Below are positions 16,561 to 24,357 of a DNA stretch of 39,486 nucleotides, piece by piece (position 1 is the stretch's first letter; the number at the start of each line of letters is the position of its first letter). A model generated the notes under the pieces. That model was not told the origin of the DNA, searched no databases, and saw nothing but the letters and a program-made list of their open reading frames with translations. The stretch comes from a virus (taxonomy: Duplodnaviria; Caudoviricetes): the IMG/VR virus record IMGVR_UViG_3300032373_001149, positions 1-39,486 of that record. One strand, 5' to 3'. The translations under genes were made by a program, and so were the position numbers.

Positions 16561-18189
16561 ATGACGATTGTTTTGCAAGACAGTTGTACAGCGTCGTCAG
16601 ACGAACTACTGGAAAACCATACCCCCGACATTGGCGCTGCGTGGTTTAAGCATCCTCTTCAGCCAGACGATTTCAAAGTGCTAGCGGCCAGTGGCCGCGT
16701 GCATCAAAGTTCCGGATCACCCTCCTGGGCACTGTATTACAATGACACAGCCCCGGCGACGCCTGATTACAATGTGTCGGCCGACCTGTATGTACACAGC
16801 AATAATGATAACGGCCTGGGAATATGCGGCCGAATGTCGACAACGCAATCGCGTTGGTATATATGGCGTTATTTTCGGGGTAAGTGGGAACTGCTGAAGT
16901 TCGCCCCTACATCAACGTTGTTAGGATCGTTTACACAAGCGCTAACGCCCGGAAACACATATAACCTTGAGTTGCAAATGCGCGACAACGGGCCGAATGT
17001 CGATCTCGTTGGTTATATCGATGGGGTTGCACGCGTGACGTATACCGATAGCGCCAGCCCTATTACCGACGTTGGCCGCGCCGGGCTCAGATCCAACGGG
17101 TTTGGTACGTCATCCACATCAGGTTATCACCTGGATAATATTATGCTAGACACTGCAGATAACGGTGTCGTGTCGCGCGCGCTGTTGCTCAACACAGAGT
17201 CTCGTGGCGTGGTAGCACGCGGTGCAGTGGCTAGCGCGGAATCAAACAACACCTTATCGGCCACCGCCGTTTTAACCACCGAAAGTACAATATCAGTCGC
17301 TGTGGCCAACAGTGTTAGCTTGGAATCACTGCGTGGTTTGCAGTCCGGGTACCAGGCCCACGTAGAAACCCTCCAGGCGCTAGCGATTACCCAAGTGCAA
17401 CGGGTAGAATCACAGGCGTCTATCAACCGCGCACAATCTGCGGGTATCGAGAGTTTGTTATCGGCTAATCGGTCAATCAGTGTAGATATCGAGTTAAACA
17501 AAACCATCGCGCAAACCATTGGTGTGTTATTAGAGTTTTTGTCCACATCATCGTTTGCAGCAACACAGCGTCTCACCGTTGAGAATAGTCAATTCACTAG
17601 CGTGTTATCGGAACATGCCATTGAGGCAAACAACACGATTGAACAGTTGCTCGCTATTGATAACGAATGTTTGTCCGGCATCCTGGCGATTAGTCGTCAG
17701 CATTGGGATCAGCTACAAGCAACCCAACGGCCATTGCAAAGTAACATTGAAACCACGGGCGCTGCAGCCATTGGCGCGCTATTGGTAATGGCGGCAGAAC
17801 AACGCGGACATATTGCGCAACCGGCACCGGTAGCGATAGAAGAAAATCAGCAGGTAACGAATATTATGCGACCCAACGCAGAATCATTACAATTGATCAA
17901 CGCGCCACTATCCATCGCGTTTGAGCAATTCGCCTATGTACAAACAACGCTGCACGGCAGTATTGAAGCTGTCGCCTATGTGCAATTGACAACCCCCTTT
18001 GACCTGGAGTCATTAAGTGTTATTACGGCGACCGTGGATGTGAATATAGAGGCGTTGCGCATGATAGCGACGGCGGCCAACGTGCCGCTGGAAGCACTGC
18101 AAGGCGCAACCGCCAATGTCATCATTGATGTCATTGAGCGTACAGCATATTTCACATTTGATATTAATAAGATTGTTACCATCCATTAA
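16561..18189 (+). CDS. putative virion fibre: N-terminal lectin-like beta-sandwich plus 14-aa repeat shaft
   Basis: Beta-rich, aromatic-rich N-terminal ~200 aa; about 22 repeats with period 14 anchored on Glu. Confidence 0.6.
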   Translation: MTIVLQDSCTASSDELLENHTPDIGAAWFKHPLQPDDFKVLAASGRVHQSSGSPSWALYYNDTAPATPDYNVSADLYVHSNNDNGLGICGRMSTTQSRWYIWRYFRGKWELLKFAPTSTLLGSFTQALTPGNTYNLELQMRDNGPNVDLVGYIDGVARVTYTDSASPITDVGRAGLRSNGFGTSSTSGYHLDNIMLDTADNGVVSRALLLNTESRGVVARGAVASAESNNTLSATAVLTTESTISVAVANSVSLESLRGLQSGYQAHVETLQALAITQVQRVESQASINRAQSAGIESLLSANRSISVDIELNKTIAQTIGVLLEFLSTSSFAATQRLTVENSQFTSVLSEHAIEANNTIEQLLAIDNECLSGILAISRQHWDQLQATQRPLQSNIETTGAAAIGALLVMAAEQRGHIAQPAPVAIEENQQVTNIMRPNAESLQLINAPLSIAFEQFAYVQTTLHGSIEAVAYVQLTTPFDLESLSVITATVDVNIEALRMIATAANVPLEALQGATANVIIDVIERTAYFTFDINKIVTIH

Positions 18190-18204
18190 GTAGAGGACAC
18201 AGCC

Positions 18205-18945
18205 ATGCCTGTATTAGCAACCGATATTAAAAGTTACCAATCCGCCAACATGCCCGAAGATGACGTGGGTGTGTCTGGTGGCGCAATTGACCCGACCGGA
18301 ATAGTCGAGTTTACCGCAATGGCCGCCAATGACACCCTGGAGGCGCTAAGTGATAACGCAGGCGATACCATGCTGCTCACTATCACCGGTCGTGATGCAG
18401 GGGGTGCCGTGGTGAATGAAGCGCTCGCGCTCAACGGGTTAACAGTTGTGCCGTTTCCGACAAACACCCTGGAACGGTTACTAAAAGCCGGCCTGGCCAG
18501 TGGCCCAACCGGGACCGTTACCATTCGTCGCTCCGGTGGTGGTGCAACCGTGGCCACCATTGCACCCGGCAAAACCAGTGTAAGGCGTTTGTTTTATGAC
18601 TCTGCGTCCGAAGCAGGCCCGACCACGCGGTTTGAGAAAATCTTTATTAAAAACGAAAATGGCGTTAGCACCTTAAGCAATGCCGCTGTAAAGTTGACCG
18701 CCGATCCGTCTGCGTCCATTCGTATCGGTGTTGCAGCCACGAAAGACGACACTGGATCGGTGGCGAATCGTAAAGCTACGCCCGCTGGCATCACGTTTGT
18801 CGATGACGGTGTTAGTCAAGCCGTACCCGCCGGTGCCCTGGCGGCCAACGAATCCATCGGCGTATGGGCAGAACTGCAACGCGCCGGTGGTGCCCCTGCT
18901 ATTAAGGATACATTCGATGTGGAGATGTCGGGCACATCGGCCTAA
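18205..18945 (+). CDS. putative virion structural protein (G/A/T-rich, beta-rich)
   Basis: GAGGA RBS; MPVLATDIKSY..., KIFIKNEN and LAANESIGVW patterns typical of phage structural accessory proteins. Confidence 0.55.
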   Translation: MPVLATDIKSYQSANMPEDDVGVSGGAIDPTGIVEFTAMAANDTLEALSDNAGDTMLLTITGRDAGGAVVNEALALNGLTVVPFPTNTLERLLKAGLASGPTGTVTIRRSGGGATVATIAPGKTSVRRLFYDSASEAGPTTRFEKIFIKNENGVSTLSNAAVKLTADPSASIRIGVAATKDDTGSVANRKATPAGITFVDDGVSQAVPAGALAANESIGVWAELQRAGGAPAIKDTFDVEMSGTSA

Positions 18946-18983
18946 TTTGATTTGACGATATCCACCTACGAGAGGACACGACT

Positions 18984-19379
18984 GTGAAAAAATGTTTAAA
19001 GGCTCCGCTAACCGCATTGATATTCTATCTAACGATTCCATCCATCGTATTGTTATTCGCTGTATCGGCCTGCACAAAACCGGTAGTAATCGATCCGTCA
19101 ATGATCGATACACCTGAAAAAGCGTTGCGTGTGACCATTGCAGAATGGGATGCATTTGTCAAAACCGCAGAAAGCCTAAAGAGCGTCGGTATCATTACCG
19201 TCGGCACCGATCGACATCGAAAGGTAAAAGCCATACTCGATGATGGACAAACGGCGCTTGAGGCCGGGCTGGAAGCGGTGAAAATGAAGGATATGCTTGA
19301 CGCTGAAAGCAAAGAAGCATTACTTCGCAAAGCGTTGGTTAAACTACGTGATGAATTAGCCCAAAGGAGCGAACCATGA
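18984..19379 (+). CDS. lipoprotein (spanin-like candidate)
   Basis: Basic N-terminus, hydrophobic stretch, lipobox VSAC, helical remainder. Confidence 0.6.
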   Translation: MKKCLKAPLTALIFYLTIPSIVLLFAVSACTKPVVIDPSMIDTPEKALRVTIAEWDAFVKTAESLKSVGIITVGTDRHRKVKAILDDGQTALEAGLEAVKMKDMLDAESKEALLRKALVKLRDELAQRSEP

Positions 19380-19570
19380 AAACTGACAATTTAATGATTA
19401 CCGTTGACGGCGCATTGGCTCTAATGCAGTTGATGGCTAATCGCAATATCGCCATGCAGGACTTGATAGATGAATTATCGAGAATGGAATCGGAAGGCAA
19501 AGAGAATTTCGACATAGCCGAGCTGGAAAGCAAGGTGGCGGAACTTGGGGAGCGTGTCGATAACTTTTAA
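19376..19570 (+). CDS. small acidic coiled-coil protein
   Basis: ATGA overlap with the lipoprotein gene; AAGGAG RBS. Confidence 0.65.
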   Translation: MKTDNLMITVDGALALMQLMANRNIAMQDLIDELSRMESEGKENFDIAELESKVAELGERVDNF

Positions 19571-19626
19571 CGCATGCCAATAAAAGACTATTGATATCAA
19601 ATCAACAATACACGAAGGAGCATAAC

Positions 19627-19962
19627 GTGATTCGACAATTTTTGTGTCAAGGCCCACACGAAACCGCTGGTGAGCGGCGATTACTGCTGAAAACGCGTAT
19701 TAACGCGCTGGCGGTGTCGCTGGGCGAACTTGATGATGACAATAATGATGGCGCGATTCCACTCATTAACAAGCTGGATGAATTGGAACAGCAACTGGAG
19801 GCGTTGAGTGAAATGCCTGATGATCATGGCTTGGGGCGTATCCGGTGCGGTGCGGACCTCACTGATCAAATTGCCGCGATCCCCGCCGATGGCGATGTGT
19901 ATACGTATCAGTGCACATCCTGTGGCAATACCGGCACAGCACGTAAGTATCCCAGCGAGTAA
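19627..19962 (+). CDS. putative Zn-ribbon protein with coiled-coil insertion
   Basis: AAGGAG RBS before GTG 19627; C (LCQG), C (RCG) and CTSCG flanking a helical hairpin. Confidence 0.6.
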   Translation: MIRQFLCQGPHETAGERRLLLKTRINALAVSLGELDDDNNDGAIPLINKLDELEQQLEALSEMPDDHGLGRIRCGADLTDQIAAIPADGDVYTYQCTSCGNTGTARKYPSE

Positions 19963-19970
19963 TCACGGCG

Positions 19971-20294
19971 ATGGCAGGCACACCAATATGTTACGACGCG
20001 ATTGAGGGTGACACGGCGCGTAAACTGAAGATCACAGCGTTACGCTCCGATGGTGTTCCTGTAAACTTGACCGGCGCAACGGTGACATTCAGGTACCGTG
20101 ACGCCAACGGTCAACCACAATCCCGCGTCATGACGGTAATTGATCCCATCAATGGTGTTGCAGAATATCAATTCGCGGCCAATGAATTGGTCGCGCCCAC
20201 CCTATATTACCAGATCAACATTGTTGACGGCAGCGGCAATGAACTCACCGGTGATTGCATTGACGCATTGCGGGTAGGCAAGCGCCTGGCCTGA
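19971..20294 (+). CDS. BppU N-terminal-like Ig-fold structural protein
   Basis: GDT..L.....DG.PVNLTGATVTF...DP.NG.AEYQF pattern. Confidence 0.7.
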   Translation: MAGTPICYDAIEGDTARKLKITALRSDGVPVNLTGATVTFRYRDANGQPQSRVMTVIDPINGVAEYQFAANELVAPTLYYQINIVDGSGNELTGDCIDALRVGKRLA

Positions 20295-20351
20295 GTCAAT
20301 AGATCGCCCACACACAGCCTTTCTAAGCGCGGCAACCAGGATCACAAGCGA

Positions 20352-21896
20352 ATGCACCAATCTTTAAAAAAACCATTTCATAAACGGTTTATAAACCGAG
20401 TGGCGGGCATGTTCGGCGCGGACATTGAGAGCAATGTTGATCCTGATGTTATATTGCGCGAAGCCAGCGACATAACCGTGGATTTTGGCGATGATATTGA
20501 GAACACGGTTAATAACGGCGTGGCATTACGTGAGGCGCACGGCGTCACTGTGGACGACGATGAGGACGGGTGGCGTAAACTGACCGGCGACGCCAATCGG
20601 GACATTACGCCGCTGACTCAGCAACGCATGCAGGACTTGTCGGTGTATCTGTGGCGAACCAATGGGTTTGCGAATCGCCTGATCGAATTGCCAATTGCCT
20701 ATTTGTTAGCGGATGGCGTTAACCTCATCGCCAACGACGATGAGGTAAAGCAGTGGCTGAATCGATTCTGGCATGATCCTATTAATTGCCTGGATATAAA
20801 ACTGACCAAAAAGCTGCGCGAATTAAAGCTATATGGCGAGCAATGCTGGCCAACCTTCGTCTCGCCTACGGGCCATGTGCGGCTTGGGTATTTGGATCCG
20901 GGATTGATAGCAACCGTCGTGATGGATCCAGACAATGCCGAACAGGCTATCGGCGTTGTCACCTGTAAAAACAGCAAAGGCGTTGCGCGACGGTATAAAG
21001 TCATTTGTAACGGCAGCGAGTCAGAGCTATTCACACGGCGTACACAGGCAATCCGCGAGACGTTTGATACCGGTGAATGTTTTTATTTTAACAAAAACGC
21101 GTTATCCAACAGTGCGCGCGGTGTCAGTGACCTATTACCTGAAATCGATTGGCTCGATGCATACGACAATTTTTTGTTCGGTGAGATCGATCGTGCCAAT
21201 TTCTTACGTGCATTCATGTGGGACGTCGAACTCGCCAACGCTACCCCAGAGGAAGTGATTGAACGGGCGAAAAAAATTACTGCCCCCAGGCCTAATTCCA
21301 CTCGTGTGCACAACGACGCTGAAAAATGGAATGCAGTAACGCCTGACATAAAGGCGATGGATTCTGACACTGTTGCGCGGCTGTTCCGTAATCACATACT
21401 CGGTGGCCAAACACTACCGGAACATTGGTTCGGTGGCGGTGGCGATGTCAATCGCGCAACAAGTGAGTCAATGGGCGAGCCCACCTTTAAAATGTTTTCG
21501 CATGAACAACGCCAATTAGGTTATATCATCATGGAAATGGCGCGTTATGTTATCCGCCAGCGCGAATTGGCACAATCCGGTACTGAGCCAGATCTATTCG
21601 ATGACAAATACGCGGTGCGCGTGGAATGGCCGGAGATGATTCCAAAAGACACCACAAAATATGCGGCAGCGCTGACACAAGTGGTTGTCGCCACTGCTCA
21701 AGCCGTCGAGCGTAGCATTATGACCGAGCAAACCGCGTTGTCCATGATCGCAGTAATGGCCGCCGCCCTGGGTGTTGAATTTGACGCCGCGACCGAATTG
21801 GAAAATGCGCGGAAAGAAAACAACGACACTGATATTGATGACATTGATGAGGATTTCGACCCGGAGGATGATGATGTAGGTAAGCATTCAGAATGA
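20352..21896 (+). CDS. portal protein (start 20352 or 20409)
   Basis: About 500 aa before MuF and capsid; LKLYGEQ, RLGYLDP, RGVSDL, PEHWFGGGGDVNRAT; acidic tail. Confidence 0.85.
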   Translation: MHQSLKKPFHKRFINRVAGMFGADIESNVDPDVILREASDITVDFGDDIENTVNNGVALREAHGVTVDDDEDGWRKLTGDANRDITPLTQQRMQDLSVYLWRTNGFANRLIELPIAYLLADGVNLIANDDEVKQWLNRFWHDPINCLDIKLTKKLRELKLYGEQCWPTFVSPTGHVRLGYLDPGLIATVVMDPDNAEQAIGVVTCKNSKGVARRYKVICNGSESELFTRRTQAIRETFDTGECFYFNKNALSNSARGVSDLLPEIDWLDAYDNFLFGEIDRANFLRAFMWDVELANATPEEVIERAKKITAPRPNSTRVHNDAEKWNAVTPDIKAMDSDTVARLFRNHILGGQTLPEHWFGGGGDVNRATSESMGEPTFKMFSHEQRQLGYIIMEMARYVIRQRELAQSGTEPDLFDDKYAVRVEWPEMIPKDTTKYAAALTQVVVATAQAVERSIMTEQTALSMIAVMAAALGVEFDAATELENARKENNDTDIDDIDEDFDPEDDDVGKHSE

Positions 21897-21999
21897 AGTA
21901 ATAGTGAAATGGCCGATTTTTTGTTAAGTGCGATAATTGGCGGTTAGCCATCACATGACGTGACTAAATGGTAAACAAGGATAGTTGGGAAAATACGCA

Positions 22000-22695
22000 A
22001 TGAAAAAACCAGTAAGTGTAGGAAGCAACAAATTATATCGTGAAAATTGTTTTGACGTATTTAAAACAATAAAGAAACACTCCATTGATGCAATGATAAC
22101 TGATCCACCATATGCCTTCAGTCTTGGCTCGTTAAGCAGCGGAAAAACTACTGGATTTACCGATATTATGAATCAATCGGTGTTTTATGAGCGCCTGATT
22201 ATTGAATCAAAAAAAATATTAACAAAAAACTCAGCGATTTGGATGTTTATGAATTGGCGCTGGTTGCCCGTTTTAATGAAGGGCGCGATGGATGCAAAGG
22301 CGAAAATTGCGAGTTTATTAGTTTGGGATAAAGGCTGTTTCGGTTGTGGTTCCAGGGGTGGGCTACGTCCACAATATGAATTGTGTGCGTATATTCCGTT
22401 TGGGGATTTTAAATTACCGAATCGTTCATTGCCAGATATTTGGCGGCATAAATGGTCAAGCACCAAACCGCATGGCCATCCCAGTGAAAAGTCTGAGGAG
22501 TTGTTATTGCAGATTGTTCGCGAAACACCAGCTAAAACTATTATTGATCCTTTTATGGGATCCGGGACAACGGGTGCGGCTTGCATTCAGCTTGATCGCA
22601 AATTCATCGGTATAGAAGCCGATCATGATTATTTTAAGACTGCCATGAAGCGTTTGCGCAGTATAAAAAGCAATTCGTTATCTGAAGAAAAATAA
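22000..22695 (+). CDS. DNA N6-adenine/N4-cytosine methyltransferase (beta class)
   Basis: ITDPPY before HPSEK and IDPFMGSGTTG. Confidence 0.93.
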   Translation: MKKPVSVGSNKLYRENCFDVFKTIKKHSIDAMITDPPYAFSLGSLSSGKTTGFTDIMNQSVFYERLIIESKKILTKNSAIWMFMNWRWLPVLMKGAMDAKAKIASLLVWDKGCFGCGSRGGLRPQYELCAYIPFGDFKLPNRSLPDIWRHKWSSTKPHGHPSEKSEELLLQIVRETPAKTIIDPFMGSGTTGAACIQLDRKFIGIEADHDYFKTAMKRLRSIKSNSLSEEK

Positions 22696-22743
22696 TGCCA
22701 ACCAGGTCTTAGGATGCCAACTATTAATCGATGAGGTTTTGAT

Positions 22744-23055
22744 ATGAGCTTAAGAGAAAAGCAAAGTAAATTTTGCCGTATGACAGCATTACTGATTCTA
22801 CATGCGGAACAACTCGGGTATGAGCTAACCTATGGTGATGCGTATAGAGACCCGCGTGTTGATTATGGCCATAAAAATAGCAACCATCGACAACGTTTGG
22901 CTGTGGATTTTAATTTGTTCCGTGATGGCCAATACCTTACCAAAACTGAAGACTACGAACCGTTAGGCATTTATTGGGAATCGATAGGCGGCAGTTGGGG
23001 TGGCCGGTTTGATGACGGAAATCACTTCAGCCTACAGCACAACGGAGTTGTTTGA
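22744..23055 (+). CDS. endolysin, M15-family Zn peptidase (L-Ala-D-Glu type)
   Basis: SNHRQRLAVD (SxHxxxxAxD) and WGGRF.DGNHF. Confidence 0.9.
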   Translation: MSLREKQSKFCRMTALLILHAEQLGYELTYGDAYRDPRVDYGHKNSNHRQRLAVDFNLFRDGQYLTKTEDYEPLGIYWESIGGSWGGRFDDGNHFSLQHNGVV

Positions 23056-23082
23056 TTCAGAGCCACTTAATATTATCCTGTT

Positions 23083-23916
23083 ATGCCAACTGATCGCGAA
23101 CGTAACAAACAATTCAACGCCGAAATTAAACGGCAATTGAAGCGGCGCACGCGCTTGCAAAAAGACGCCAGGCACGAAATTCGGCGCATTCTAAAGGTTG
23201 CGTTAACCCGCATCGAATCGCGCCTGGCGAATAGGCCCAGCGAGTTTGATGTATTTAGTTTGCCGCAAGTTCAGCAAGCCATTCGGGGTGTGTTGGATGG
23301 CGTGGGCCGCGAGCTGGGTGATAGTGGGTCACAATTAACAGATGATTTTTTTAATGCCGGTGCCGACATGGTGGACAAGCCTATACAGGCCGGTGGTATT
23401 ACACTGCGCGGTTTAATACCTACCATCGATAAAACGCAGTTGCTGGCGTTTCAGGCATTTATCACGGACAAGATGAAAGATGTCACGGTCACAATGGCGA
23501 ATCAAATCAATACTGAACTAGGATTAACCGCCATTGGCGCACAACCGCTCAACAGCGCTGTTGCAAATATTAAAACCGTGTTGCAGGATAAAGGGCGTAA
23601 GCGCGCAACAACGATTCTGCGCACTGAACTGCTACGCGCTTATGGGGTGGCCAATCAATTACGCAAAGAACAAGCCGAAAAAGTATTGCCAGGGTTGAAA
23701 AAACGCTGGCTTCCATCCGGACGAACCCACGCCCGTACACACCACGAGGCGACACGCGGCCAAATACAAGCCGTGGACGCGCCGTTTCAGTTGTTATCAC
23801 CTGGCGGCATTATTAAGCTATCATTTCCACGCGACCCAAAAGGTGGTCCTGCCGAGACTATCAATTGCGGTTGCGAATCGGTACCCTATATGGAACACTG
23901 GGAACTAGCTGCCTAA
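23083..23916 (+). CDS. MuF/SPP1 gp7-like minor head protein
   Basis: RATTILRTE, KKRW...R.HH, P.DP...ETINCGC; no toxin extension. Confidence 0.88.
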   Translation: MPTDRERNKQFNAEIKRQLKRRTRLQKDARHEIRRILKVALTRIESRLANRPSEFDVFSLPQVQQAIRGVLDGVGRELGDSGSQLTDDFFNAGADMVDKPIQAGGITLRGLIPTIDKTQLLAFQAFITDKMKDVTVTMANQINTELGLTAIGAQPLNSAVANIKTVLQDKGRKRATTILRTELLRAYGVANQLRKEQAEKVLPGLKKRWLPSGRTHARTHHEATRGQIQAVDAPFQLLSPGGIIKLSFPRDPKGGPAETINCGCESVPYMEHWELAA

Positions 23917-23993
23917 TACCCCCAAATATTCATCCCTGTTTCTTCATAATTCTCGTCATTATTTCCCTCCTTTACCTCTAAAAGTACAAAACG

Positions 23994-24039
23994 TTTTTAA
24001 AGCCCTTTAAAAGACGTGCCGTATTTTGTGGTTTAAGCT
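23994..24039 (+). promoter_or_regulatory. late promoter 2 (activator palindrome plus -10)
   Basis: TTTTTAAAGCCCTTTAAAA then 21 nt then TAAGCT. Confidence 0.7.
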
Positions 24040-24090
24040 GCATTCATTGTTTTTGGAAATCAGCTAAATAAAACACGGCGGAGAATAACT

Positions 24091-24357
24091 GTGGCGAAAT
24101 CAAACAAACCTGTTAACGAAACATCACCAGACAGTGAATCACCTGAGAACACATCATCAGATAACAAATCAGATGAAATGACGGCAGCACAAGCCGCCGA
24201 GCTGGTTATGCGTACTATTAAGGTAGTGGGCAAGGACAAAAAGGTCACTGCTGAACATGTAGTCGTAGATGCCTCCGAAGTAGCCGGATTTAAGGATTAT
24301 GGTGATCACGTTATAGTTGTCACCACCGATGGCCAAAAATTGCGCGGCAACAAATAA
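24091..24357 (+). CDS. small head-module hypothetical protein
   Basis: GGAG RBS, GTG start, coupled to the capsid polyprotein (TAATG). Confidence 0.7.
   Translation: MAKSNKPVNETSPDSESPENTSSDNKSDEMTAAQAAELVMRTIKVVGKDKKVTAEHVVVDASEVAGFKDYGDHVIVVTTDGQKLRGNK

Noticed and set aside
17191-18140. Fibre ES/EA repeats as prohead-protease sites
   Set aside because: The hydrophobic residue is usually adjacent to Glu rather than two before it, and strict periodicity fits a structural repeat better
21897-21999. Com-like Zn-finger regulator upstream of the methylase
   Set aside because: Only very short ORFs without paired CxxC motifs
23083-23916. MuF polymorphic toxin
   Set aside because: The protein ends right after the MuF NCxC motif, with no toxin domain or immunity gene
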